64,000 nucleotides of DNA from a virus (Duplodnaviria > Caudoviricetes): the IMG/VR virus record IMGVR_UViG_2706795407_000001, positions 1 through 64,000 of that record; one strand, written 5' to 3'. Positions 36,917 through 44,869 of the stretch are shown piece by piece (within the stretch, counting starts at the first letter, position 1; every line of letters begins with the position of its first letter). Made by a program: the position numbers and the translations under genes. Under the pieces are notes generated by a model that made no database searches, had not been told where the DNA came from, and was given only the letters and a program-made list of their open reading frames with translations.

Positions 36917-37260
36917 GATTCGGCCCCGTTCTCAGCGAGATTCGCGGCCTCTAGGAGGTCAGCGGCATGGATGCGTGCCTCGTGCGGATTGATGCGGTAT
37001 ACATGTTCGCACCGCGCACCGACTTCGACCTCGCGACCATTGACCCTGGTGAACGGGTAGTGATTCCACTGCGGTTCACTGTTCGGTCCCCAGTACTCGG
37101 ACGGGCGTTCAGGCAGTTCCACGACCGCGAGTCCGTCCAACGCCAGGAGAACATCGGCTAGACGCGGTGCGACGGCCGCAGCGCTTCGACTATGAGGCGT
37201 GAGGTAAACCTCAAGCAGCGCACTCTCTAGCGCTTCGATGTATCGGGCGCGGATGCTCAT
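36913..37260 (-). CDS. Hypothetical protein (VELPE family)
   Basis: LAVVELPE...ARIHAADLLEAA. Confidence 0.65.
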   Translation of the reverse strand: MSIRARYIEALESALLEVYLTPHSRSAAAVAPRLADVLLALDGLAVVELPERPSEYWGPNSEPQWNHYPFTRVNGREVEVGARCEHVYRINPHEARIHAADLLEAANLAENGAES

Positions 37261-37454
37261 TCGTTCTCCTCTGCGAACTGGCTCGCCAGCCACGCGTCAA
37301 CATCGCTACGCCGCGCCATTACCCGCCTGCCGATCCTGGCAAGCCTGAACGGTGCTTCATTGACCTGCCGCCAGTAACGGATGGTGGCTAGGGGGATGCC
37401 GTGCTCTTCGGCGATTTCATCCAGCGTCATCAACGTCGGTTTAGTAAGTGTCAT
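37257..37454 (-). CDS. xis: Excisionase (MerR/AlpA-like HTH)
   Basis: LMTLDEIAEEHGIPLATIRYWRQ...IGRRVMARRSDVDAW; divergent from integrase. Confidence 0.8.
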   Translation of the reverse strand: MTLTKPTLMTLDEIAEEHGIPLATIRYWRQVNEAPFRLARIGRRVMARRSDVDAWLASQFAEENE

Positions 37455-37609
37455 GCAGTGCTCCTACGTGAAGATGATGAAACCTATCGTAGCACACATG
37501 TCCTGAAATATGGATATGTCGCTATGAAGATGGATATCTATCCACTGTTGAGGATCGATCTTTGCAGGTCAGCGCGCCGCGAAACGGTATCTTTGCGTAC
37601 GATGACCGT

Positions 37610-38833
37610 ATGCAGAACAGAACACCTGGACGTCACGGTGTAGCGGACATGTGGTATCGGGACGACGGCACCCCCACCAACCTCGCCACACCGGGATCGT
37701 CTAAAGAGCACCCTTCAGGGTCTGGTAGCCGCTGGCGGGCGTGGTACATCGACACCTCGGGGAAGCAGCGGACGAAGAAGTTCCCGACGAAGCGGATCGC
37801 AGAGAAGTGGGCGCAGGACAACGCCACCAAGATAGGCGAGGGAACATGGATAGCTCCCGAGGCGAGTAAGGAAACGTTCGCCACTGTCGCCGAAGAGTGG
37901 TTCGCCACCAAAGCTCACCGGGAAGAGATGACCCGATACGGGTACAGGAACCTCCTGGACTCCATTGTCCTACCCAAGTGGGGGGGTGTCTCACTGAAGG
38001 CGATTCAGCATGTCGACCTTCAACGGTGGATAAACGACCTGTCCTTGACGGGGGAGTACCGCACCAAGGGGGAGGGTGGCTTTTCAGCGTCTAGAACTAT
38101 CCAAGCCTATCAGGTGATGAATGGGGTGTTAAAGTATGCGGTTCGTACTGATCGGTTGGCGAAGAATCCCGCTGAGGGGATTGTATTACCGACAAAGAAG
38201 AAGGCGACACGTCAGAGGTATTTGACTCATGCCCAACTACAGGATTTCGCGGCCGAGATGGGTAGATTCGAGGGGCTAACCCTTTTGTTGGGGTATTGCG
38301 GGTTGCGGGTGAGTGAAGCTTTCGCACTGCGGGGTAGGGATTTGGGCGACCAGGAGGTGTTGGTGTATGGGGCTGTGACTTCGGTCCCGAAGGTGGGTCG
38401 GGTGGAGAAAGGGACGAAGACTCACCGCGCCCGCCATGTTCCTGTGCCTATGGTGGCGTGGAAGGCCATCAAAATACCGTCTGATTCGCACGCTCTCGTG
38501 TTTCCAGGTAGGTCTGGGCACATTACCCACGGGGAGTACCGTTGGGCGTTTGACGGGGCGCTGAGGGTCATGCAAGAGCGCACGGAGGCGCAACGAGCTT
38601 TAGAGATTGAACGAGACGGTAAAGCATCAACCCCCGTGTTCCCATCCATCACCCCGCACGACTTGCGTCACACCTGCGCGTCCCTGGCAATCTCGGCCGG
38701 GGCGAACGTCAAAGCTGTCCAGAACCTACTGGGGCATGCTACGGCGGTGATGACGCTGGACCTGTACGGGCATCTGATGTCCGACGACCTGGAGCGGGTG
38801 CGCGATGCGCTAGACGCGGCTGCGGAGCGCTAG
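37610..38833 (+). CDS. int: Tyrosine integrase
   Basis: CGLRVSE, HDLRH, LGHA, DLYGH catalytic set; start at ATG 37610 is a best guess (ORF is open from 37562). Confidence 0.95.
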   Translation: MQNRTPGRHGVADMWYRDDGTPTNLATPGSSKEHPSGSGSRWRAWYIDTSGKQRTKKFPTKRIAEKWAQDNATKIGEGTWIAPEASKETFATVAEEWFATKAHREEMTRYGYRNLLDSIVLPKWGGVSLKAIQHVDLQRWINDLSLTGEYRTKGEGGFSASRTIQAYQVMNGVLKYAVRTDRLAKNPAEGIVLPTKKKATRQRYLTHAQLQDFAAEMGRFEGLTLLLGYCGLRVSEAFALRGRDLGDQEVLVYGAVTSVPKVGRVEKGTKTHRARHVPVPMVAWKAIKIPSDSHALVFPGRSGHITHGEYRWAFDGALRVMQERTEAQRALEIERDGKASTPVFPSITPHDLRHTCASLAISAGANVKAVQNLLGHATAVMTLDLYGHLMSDDLERVRDALDAAAER

Positions 38834-38860
38834 CCGCTACGTCACCAAGTGGGTGCCCGA
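38834..38860 (+). repeat. 27-bp perfect inverted repeat, left copy
   Basis: CCGCTACGTCACCAAGTGGGTGCCCGA is the reverse complement of 39256-39282. Confidence 0.95.
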
Positions 38861-38871
38861 CGGGCGGTGAT

Positions 38872-39107
38872 CCGTATGCAAACCGTATGCTGCACCCAGC
38901 CGCACACCACTTAACAACAGTCAACAATAGTTAACCTGAACAGTGGTTTTTGACGTTCATCGAACTATTCCCGCAGGTAGAAAACGCCAGATAAAAAAAT
39001 TCAAAAGCCATTGGGCGCTTTTTGCTGCGCGAACATAGATGCAGTTCAGAGATTTGTTGAAGTTAACCACAGGAGGGTTGCAGTCTGGCTGTATGCACAT
39101 AGTATGC
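38872..39107. other. Probable attP region with arm-type sites
   Basis: Non-coding and AT-rich, downstream of int; GTATGC pairs spaced 11 nt at 38874/38885 and 39091/39102; core not identified. Confidence 0.6.
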
Positions 39108-39119
39108 TCTCTGAAGCCA

Positions 39120-39202
39120 GCCCGAATGGCGGAACGGAAGACGCGCCGGACTCAAAATCCGGTGTCCGCAAGGACGTGTGAGTTCGAATCTCACTTCGGG
39201 CA
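39120..39202 (+). tRNA. tRNA-Leu(CAA)
   Basis: Acceptor GCCCGAA/TTCGGGC plus A, anticodon arm CCGGA-CTCAAAA-TCCGG, long variable arm, T-loop TTCGAAT; CCA not encoded. Confidence 0.92.
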
Positions 39203-39248
39203 CTCTGCAGCGGCGTCCGAGCCAACCACCTCGCGCTGGGTTTTATCG

Positions 39249-39584
39249 TTAGGCATCGGGCACCCACTTGGTGACGTAGCGGGTAACGGCGCGGTGCCCC
39301 CTCCCGCTCGTGGGGAGGCCGTTCTGGACGGCGATCTGGGCAACGTCTCTGCTGACTATCTGCTCCACCGTTTGGACTTGAACATCTATCCGCTCGGGGC
39401 GTTCACGCTCGTACTGGACCGCGTATTCGGCTGTGAGGCCGAGGGTTTCGACAATGGTGTCGGCGGTGCGTCGGTGGGAGCCATCGCACTGTGAGCATTC
39501 CCCCGCGTGACCGACGGGCTCGTGGTACTCACATGTCCAGCCCTCGCGTCGGAGCACTTCGGTGATGCCGTCGTGGATGGTCAT
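39249..39584 (-). CDS. Hypothetical protein
   Basis: MTIHDGITEVLRREGW...RYVTKWVPDA. Confidence 0.65.
   Translation of the reverse strand: MTIHDGITEVLRREGWTCEYHEPVGHAGECSQCDGSHRRTADTIVETLGLTAEYAVQYERERPERIDVQVQTVEQIVSRDVAQIAVQNGLPTSGRGHRAVTRYVTKWVPDA
39256..39282 (-). repeat. 27-bp perfect inverted repeat, right copy
   Basis: Coincides with the 3' end of CDS 39249-39584. Confidence 0.95.
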
Positions 39585-40045
39585 GCGCGCTCCCGAAATA
39601 GGATGCCCGCGTTCTGCATGGCGGCGATGGCATCGGTGGCCTCCTGGAACCCGAGTCCGCAAGAACGCAGCGCGCTACCAACCTTGGTGAGGGTGTTCTC
39701 GTTGTAGCGCAAAGACTCACCCTCTTCTGCGAGTGCGGGGAATCGGTTGAGGAGATAGTGGGCGACATAGAGCGCCCATTGAGTCGAAGGGCAGAGGGGG
39801 TCAAAAGTCCCATGCTTCCCGTCGCCCCGATTCCAAAGCTCGCGGCCAATCCACACGGATTCGGCGAGTTCGTTGATACGTTTCCCCCGCTTGGCTTTCG
39901 CATCCTGTTCCTGCTCGATGCGGTCGGCAAGCATGGAGAGGTCGCGCGGGGTGCGCGACGCTTCCTGGCTCCAGCCGTTGCTGATGGCGAGGCGACGCAG
40001 CACGTCGGCTGCGGTGCGGAGTTCTTCGGGTGTGGGTGTGGTCAT
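39581..40045 (-). CDS. Hypothetical protein
   Basis: MTTPTPEELRTAADVLR...AMQNAGILFRER. Confidence 0.7.
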   Translation of the reverse strand: MTTPTPEELRTAADVLRRLAISNGWSQEASRTPRDLSMLADRIEQEQDAKAKRGKRINELAESVWIGRELWNRGDGKHGTFDPLCPSTQWALYVAHYLLNRFPALAEEGESLRYNENTLTKVGSALRSCGLGFQEATDAIAAMQNAGILFRERA

Positions 40046-40287
40046 GACAGTTCCTCGTCGGGGTAGATGAGTGGGTAAAGTTCGGCCAAAAAATCGTCTA
40101 GAGACCATCCGCCGATAGGGTCTAGTTCAAACTTTGAAACCAGATTCCGAATGGGATACAGCGCTTCACTGGCAGCGGCGACCTCACGAGGGGTGGCGAG
40201 AGGCGTGTTCGCTCCTCTGGTAATTGCCACCTCGGGATGAGCCTTCCTCCATGCCCGTTCTGCCGCCTTAACCGCTGGGTCAGGCAT
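40042..40287 (-). CDS. Hypothetical protein (MxDPA..AA family)
   Basis: Similar to 40414-40635. Confidence 0.65.
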   Translation of the reverse strand: MPDPAVKAAERAWRKAHPEVAITRGANTPLATPREVAAASEALYPIRNLVSKFELDPIGGWSLDDFLAELYPLIYPDEELS

Positions 40288-40417
40288 CGTGAGTATCCTT
40301 CCACGACAGTTCGATGCCAGAATTAGGTCGGTTACAGAACTCGATGAAATCGTCGTGCGCCCTGCCAGCGTCGACGTAAACGGTGTATTCCTCGTAAGTC
40401 TCGACTTCGTCGGTCAT
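40280..40417 (-). CDS. Small hypothetical protein
   Basis: MTDEVETYEEY...; RBS GAGGAG. Confidence 0.55.
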   Translation of the reverse strand: MTDEVETYEEYTVYVDAGRAHDDFIEFCNRPNSGIELSWKDTHDA

Positions 40418-40635
40418 TTCATCTCCTCGATGGTGTAGATCAACGGGGCGAGATCGTCGAGAAGTTCGTCGATCCAGGAGCATTCGCCCGAATGCCGTTC
40501 TGACCACTCCCGTATCGGCTTCAGCGCCTCGCGGGCAGCGTTTTCGGCATAATGGAACGACGAATGCGGCGGCAGTATCAAACCAACTTCTGGCCCAATC
40601 GCTCGTCGAACAGCTTCGGTCACGGGATCACTCAT
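40414..40635 (-). CDS. Hypothetical protein (MxDPA..AA family)
   Basis: AAREALKPIRE...LDDLAPLIY. Confidence 0.65.
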   Translation of the reverse strand: MSDPVTEAVRRAIGPEVGLILPPHSSFHYAENAAREALKPIREWSERHSGECSWIDELLDDLAPLIYTIEEMK

Positions 40636-40766
40636 CAGGCTCCCTTCGTAGAGTCGGCTTCGCTAACGGTCATCGGTTTTCCGCAGCGACAGGTCCAGAC
40701 ACCCGCCGCTACATGCCAGAGGCTTGATCCACAGCGCGTGCAGAAGGCTTTCTGCGTCCAACTCAT
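40635..40766 (-). CDS. Small Zn-finger protein, copy 2
   Basis: MSWTQKAFCTRCGSSLWHVAAGVWTCRCGKPMTVSEADS. Confidence 0.7.
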   Translation of the reverse strand: MSWTQKAFCTRCGSSLWHVAAGVWTCRCGKPMTVSEADSTKGA

Positions 40767-41011
40767 TATTCTTCTACCAGCTTTCCATTCTTTATCGTCA
40801 GTACGGGTTTGTCGAACGCGCCGCCGATCAGCTCCCACGTTTTGCGTAGATCATCAATATCTTCCCAAAAGTCAAGATTGGGATTATCGCTGGCGAGTGT
40901 GGCCTGTCCGCTCTTCTCTTCATAGTAGACTTCGCGGATTCCGTAGAAGGGGTAGATGTCGCCGAGAGTGTTTTGTGCGTGTTCTTTCACTACCCGATAA
41001 TTCCAAGTCAT
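40766..41011 (-). CDS. Hypothetical protein
   Basis: MTWNYRVVK...YGIREVYY pattern common in phages. Confidence 0.7.
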   Translation of the reverse strand: MTWNYRVVKEHAQNTLGDIYPFYGIREVYYEEKSGQATLASDNPNLDFWEDIDDLRKTWELIGGAFDKPVLTIKNGKLVEE

Positions 41012-41367
41012 AACCGCACCTGACTGGACGGGTCGTAGCCGATGATGCTGCGGATAGCTTCACCCAGCGCCCCAACATAGCGCAATGTCACGTCGGTGTA
41101 TTTTCCGCAGGCGCAGCGGCACCCTGTGGCGTTCAACCCAACCTCGTTTTTGTTGCTGGTGAACGTCCCGTCGAACATGTCGTACGACACCTCTTCGACC
41201 ACGACACCCTCGGGAATGACCCAATGGCATTCATCTGCGTGTTCCCATGCGTCGTAGTCCGTCCAACCGTAGGGGCTCACGCCGCCCCACTCTTCAATGA
41301 GGACTTTCTGACCCTTCTCGACTAGGAGTCGGCGGATACCGTCTTTGATTTCCTGCTCAACACTCAT
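41008..41367 (-). CDS. Hypothetical protein
   Basis: Coupled ORF, CRCACG. Confidence 0.65.
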   Translation of the reverse strand: MSVEQEIKDGIRRLLVEKGQKVLIEEWGGVSPYGWTDYDAWEHADECHWVIPEGVVVEEVSYDMFDGTFTSNKNEVGLNATGCRCACGKYTDVTLRYVGALGEAIRSIIGYDPSSQVRL

Positions 41368-41549
41368 GATTTTGCCTCTTCGATAGCTTTTACAACCCTG
41401 TCCACATACGCCATAGCCTCACCGTGGGTTTTGAACGAATGCCCTGGGAGACCTTTCCCGAACCATCCGCCACGGTCCACCGCGTACCACGGCTTGTCCA
41501 TGCATCCCCCTAAGGGCCATTTGCCGACCCGCCACTTATGGCTGCTCAT
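41364..41549 (-). CDS. Hypothetical protein
   Basis: WRVGK...WYAV...FKTHGEAMAYV. Confidence 0.6.
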   Translation of the reverse strand: MSSHKWRVGKWPLGGCMDKPWYAVDRGGWFGKGLPGHSFKTHGEAMAYVDRVVKAIEEAKS

Positions 41550-41815
41550 GCTTCTAGGTCTCCCTCTAGCCAGTCTGGCCTGTAATCTTCGTCCCAGTGA
41601 ATGACAGATCGGGCGGGAAGCTCCGCGCCATCCCTAAAAATCGACGAGATTCCGCACCCGTAAAGATCCCCAATGACGACAGCCTCGAATACAAGATTCC
41701 CGTCCGGATCGTTGACATAGATCCGTTCGTAACGTTCCGCGTCGTAGATTCTGTAGGCTAACTGGACGAGTTTCCATGCTATCCACCGGCGGGGGCCGAG
41801 CTTTATTTCGCCCAT
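41546..41815 (-). CDS. Hypothetical protein
   Basis: RBS GAGGAGAG before ATG 41815. Confidence 0.6.
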   Translation of the reverse strand: MGEIKLGPRRWIAWKLVQLAYRIYDAERYERIYVNDPDGNLVFEAVVIGDLYGCGISSIFRDGAELPARSVIHWDEDYRPDWLEGDLEA

Positions 41816-41860
41816 CGGTCCTCTCCTCGTTCGTACCTCTTGTGGTTGATTTCTCTGCTG

Positions 41861-41889
41861 ATTGTAGTACATGTATCCACAAAAGTGAA
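41861..41889 (-). promoter_or_regulatory. Leftward promoter overlapped by operator TCCACAAAAGTGAA
   Basis: TTCACT, 17 nt spacer, TACAAT. Confidence 0.6.
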
Positions 41890-41896
41890 CACATAT

Positions 41897-42094
41897 CTAT
41901 GCGGGTGGTTTCGTATCACTGGTTAGGTGGTAGTGCGCGCCGCATCGATACGGCCTCATGTGCTGAACCTGGGCGGATTTACGAGCCTGGTAGAGGCTGG
42001 TGTAGCGCGCTTTGTCGGGGTTGAAGCATGTTGCCGGTTCGATGCTGGATAGTGCTTTCTTCAGTTTCATTCGGCGCTGGAGTAGTCTGCTCAT
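41897..42094 (-). CDS. Hypothetical protein
   Basis: CFNPDKARY...RPYRCGAHYHLTS pattern. Confidence 0.6.
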   Translation of the reverse strand: MSRLLQRRMKLKKALSSIEPATCFNPDKARYTSLYQARKSAQVQHMRPYRCGAHYHLTSDTKPPA

Positions 42095-42096
42095 CC

Positions 42097-42822
42097 TCAG
42101 CTCCAAAGCATGGGCATGAGGTCTACGAAATCGTGCCTAGCCTGCTGGATGCGCTCGCGGTACTCGTCCTCGCGTTGATGAAAAGCCTTATAGATGGCTT
42201 CCTGCGCCGAGTTGGCCCTTTTAAGCAGCATCCGCCCGTCAACGTATTCAAAGTCGTCTTTCGGCGACCATCCTGGAGGTTGAAGTATCGCCATCTCTTC
42301 ATCGGTGAATGTCGGCGATTCCTCGGATAGGCGTGCGATCACATCCTCGTAGCGTTCACGATTGTCCTCGTTGTCGCACACGCTGTAGTCCAGGTGATAC
42401 CGCAGCGAGGCGATGGCGAGGTCATTGAAGCTGGAATCAAACTCGTCAAGAATCCAGTTCAGATTGCGCAGATACTCTGGGCCGCCCACGAGGGTGAGAT
42501 AGTCCTTGCCTGCGGTGGAAAAGGTGACCTGCCACCTTTTGGTCAACGGGACACGAAGCCAACGCTCTTGACATCTCCCTCGGGAGAATCCCGTGCTGGT
42601 GACTTGCCGGAAGTTGTCTACCCCGATGGCGAACCATGGGGTTCGGATTTCCTGTCTGGCTTTACGGAGGCGGGAGATACCCCAACCTTTCCATGACCAG
42701 TTACGGTCCGACTTCATGAATTCGCTCAGGGCTGAGGTGAGAATCGCGCGCCACCTCTCGTGGAACTGTGGCGGAACCTTCAAGGGCTCATCTTCTGCGA
42801 TGGTTACTGTCTCATCTTCCAT
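42097..42822 (-). CDS. Hypothetical protein
   Basis: 241-aa ORF with RBS TAGGAG. Confidence 0.7.
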   Translation of the reverse strand: MEDETVTIAEDEPLKVPPQFHERWRAILTSALSEFMKSDRNWSWKGWGISRLRKARQEIRTPWFAIGVDNFRQVTSTGFSRGRCQERWLRVPLTKRWQVTFSTAGKDYLTLVGGPEYLRNLNWILDEFDSSFNDLAIASLRYHLDYSVCDNEDNRERYEDVIARLSEESPTFTDEEMAILQPPGWSPKDDFEYVDGRMLLKRANSAQEAIYKAFHQREDEYRERIQQARHDFVDLMPMLWS

Positions 42823-42961
42823 GTTGGACTCCTATAGTGCGTATTGGGGTCTATTTGCGCCTGTGGCGGGTTTTTATTGTTTGCTGGATAGATTGTACCC
42901 GGCATGGGTTTTTAATCGCTCTGTGTTGCGTTTAGGGTGGTTTTATTCATTTTTCTGTTTA

Positions 42962-43051
42962 GAATCCCGCCCCGCCTTTTTTGACGGGGCGGGATTCCAC
43001 CTTGCCTTGCCTAACCATGCCGAGCCTGACCAGGCGAGGCCCCGCCTAGTC
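42962..43051. repeat. 13-bp hairpin plus 5-nt periodic NNNCC array, second copy
   Basis: GAATCCCGCCCCG / CGGGGCGGGATTC, then ccacc ttgcc ttgcc taacc atgcc gagcc tgacc aggcg aggcc ccgcc tagtc. Confidence 0.85.
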
Positions 43052-43192
43052 GAACAGCTCGCCATGGCTGACACTGCGCTTGCCATCGTTCAACCGGATG
43101 CGCGGATTGCCGTTACCCGGAGTGCGCCACACCGTGCCGTCGAAACCAACGAACACGACGTTCGGCTTATTGATGTCGGTCAAGCGGTGCAT
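43046..43192 (-). CDS. Small hypothetical protein
   Basis: MHRLTDINKPNVVFVGFDG, 48 aa; RBS AAGGAG; stop abuts the pentamer array. Confidence 0.6.
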   Translation of the reverse strand: MHRLTDINKPNVVFVGFDGTVWRTPGNGNPRIRLNDGKRSVSHGELFD

Positions 43193-43271
43193 GTCGTCTC
43201 CTTGCGGGTTGATCGGCGGGGCGTTCTGTTTCTGGGTATTCAACGGTTCGCTGGCCCCGCCGTTGATGCAG

Positions 43272-43300
43272 ACTCTAGCACACGACTCCACAAAAGTGGA
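43272..43300 (-). promoter_or_regulatory. Leftward promoter overlapped by operator TCCACAAAAGTGGA
   Basis: TCCACT, 17 nt spacer, TAGAGT with extended TGC. Confidence 0.6.
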
Positions 43301-43338
43301 TGCCCATCCTCAAAAAAATATGAAAATCCCAAACCATA

Positions 43339-43373
43339 CAAAAAAGCCCCCTCACCCAAGACGGGCAAGGGGG
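43339..43373 (-). terminator. Intrinsic terminator downstream of the Rep-like gene
   Basis: Minus strand GCCCCCT...AGGGGGC followed by TTTTTT; boundaries approximate. Confidence 0.6.
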
Positions 43374-43389
43374 CGGCGAGCCACGGGGG

Positions 43390-43980
43390 TCAGCTCCAGG
43401 CGGGCCACTCCCCACTGCCACCCACGAAAGGCACCGCCAAACCCTCCGCTGCTTCCCGCTCGGCGTCAGCCGAAGCGGACCCACTACCCAGCTCTCCACA
43501 ACCATCCATGACATACCCTGGCGTAGCTTCTACGCCAGTATCTCTTTGTTCCTTTAGAGACGGCTCGAATTTTAGGCCATATGTATGGCTCGAATTTTGA
43601 GCCATATGGGTGGCCTCGTGGCGCGCAATCTCGTCCTCCATATGGCTCGATTTTGAGGCCATACGATGCGACCGGTGCATCACATACTCGTGCCGGTACA
43701 CGTGGCCCGTCTCCGACCGGTACTCGACCTGCCGCAGCCATCCCGTCTCGACAAGATTCCGTATCCCGCTGGCGACTGTGGCGCGCGACATTCCCGTCGC
43801 GGTGGCGATGCTGCGCTGATTAACCTCCCAACCATCCGACAACGACAACAGGTATGTTCCGACGCGGAACCCGTTCGCGGACACGTCGGTGTCACGGATG
43901 AACCCGTTCGGTATCCGCGTGTACTTGTCGTGAGGGGATTCCCCCAGGTGTTTGATGGTGGTGGGCTTTTTGTACGCCAT
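43390..43980 (-). CDS. Replication-initiator-like winged HTH protein
   Basis: YTRIPNGFIRD...VGTYLLSLSDGWEVNQRSIA...IRNLVETGWL, resembling phage/plasmid Rep N-terminal wHTH. Confidence 0.7.
   Translation of the reverse strand: MAYKKPTTIKHLGESPHDKYTRIPNGFIRDTDVSANGFRVGTYLLSLSDGWEVNQRSIATATGMSRATVASGIRNLVETGWLRQVEYRSETGHVYRHEYVMHRSHRMASKSSHMEDEIARHEATHMAQNSSHTYGLKFEPSLKEQRDTGVEATPGYVMDGCGELGSGSASADAEREAAEGLAVPFVGGSGEWPAWS
43562..43665. repeat. Three 22-bp iteron-like repeats inside the Rep-like gene
   Basis: GGCTCGAATTTTAGGCCATATG (43562), GGCTCGAATTTTGAGCCATATG (43587), GGCTCGATTTTGAGGCCATACG (43644). Confidence 0.8.
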
Positions 43981-44037
43981 GATGTCCCTACTGGTTGGGG
44001 ATTACCCGTACCACTATTGCAGGTGTTGACACATATG

Positions 44038-44826
44038 TCACGCTTTGACGCCGTGGAGTAGTTTTTGGAATCCGCGCATCTTCTGCATCCACGAGTGGGC
44101 GGATGTCAGCGCGAACCCCGCACCACACAGGCAGGCGAAGCCCCACACGAAATTGGTGGTCCAGTCGATGTCCTGTAGGGGTGGCGCGAACGCTGTCACA
44201 ACCCGGACGATGCAGGCCATGATCCCGCACCAGCATGCGAGCAGGTAAATGTTGGCGATACGGCGGGACCGGGGGTCTTCACGCAGGATGGACAGGGCAC
44301 GTATCCCATATCCGAGCAGGTAGGTGAGGATTCCGCACAGCAGCAGCCAGTACATGTTGAGCCAGAGGTCAGTGGGCACGTCGAAGAAGTCGGGCATGTA
44401 GATTTTGACGCCGTTGCCGATTGAGAACAGTGCCAGCAATAGTGGGATGCAGATGGTGGCTGGCCGTTCCACATACTGTTTGAAGTTTTGTTGCAAGCGT
44501 TCTTCTGGGTCGAGTCTACCGAGGGCGTTGTATACGACTGCCGAGGCGGCGACGATGTAGAGGTCGTGGCCGATGTAGTCCTCTAGGTTCCATTCACCGG
44601 TGCATCGGTGTAGCCAGTGCCCGATGGTTTGCGATGCGGCGGGGGACATGAGGATGACTGCCCCGCCTTGTAGTGCGATGTTGAGTGTGGCTGCTACCTC
44701 CCATCTGCATCCCCAGGTGAGGCGGCGTATCCAGAGCGACCAGGTGATGCAGATGAGGGTGGCGACGAGCAGCGCGGTTAGAGCCATTGGCGGTTGGTTT
44801 TCTACGAAAAGGGACCGTTCATGCAC
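44038..44826 (-). CDS. Multi-pass membrane protein next to repressor (cluster K-like arrangement)
   Basis: About 7 hydrophobic segments; WSLWIRRLTWGCRWEVAATLNIALQG; alternative start 44787. Confidence 0.8.
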   Translation of the reverse strand: MHERSLFVENQPPMALTALLVATLICITWSLWIRRLTWGCRWEVAATLNIALQGGAVILMSPAASQTIGHWLHRCTGEWNLEDYIGHDLYIVAASAVVYNALGRLDPEERLQQNFKQYVERPATICIPLLLALFSIGNGVKIYMPDFFDVPTDLWLNMYWLLLCGILTYLLGYGIRALSILREDPRSRRIANIYLLACWCGIMACIVRVVTAFAPPLQDIDWTTNFVWGFACLCGAGFALTSAHSWMQKMRGFQKLLHGVKA

Positions 44827-44869
44827 GGAGTCGGTCTAACCATAATCTTAGAAAAACAAGATCGCCAGA

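Noticed and set aside
37505-37545. TGGATAT repeats and TGGATA-TC-TATCCA palindrome between xis and int
   Set aside because: Plausible Xis or promoter-control site, but short and seen only locally; not enough support
38890-39090. Specific attP core sequence
   Set aside because: No tRNA 3'-half or clear core recognisable without the host genome
42593-43600. 335-aa plus-strand ORF
   Set aside because: Crosses three minus-strand genes, a hairpin and a terminator; no recognisable domain
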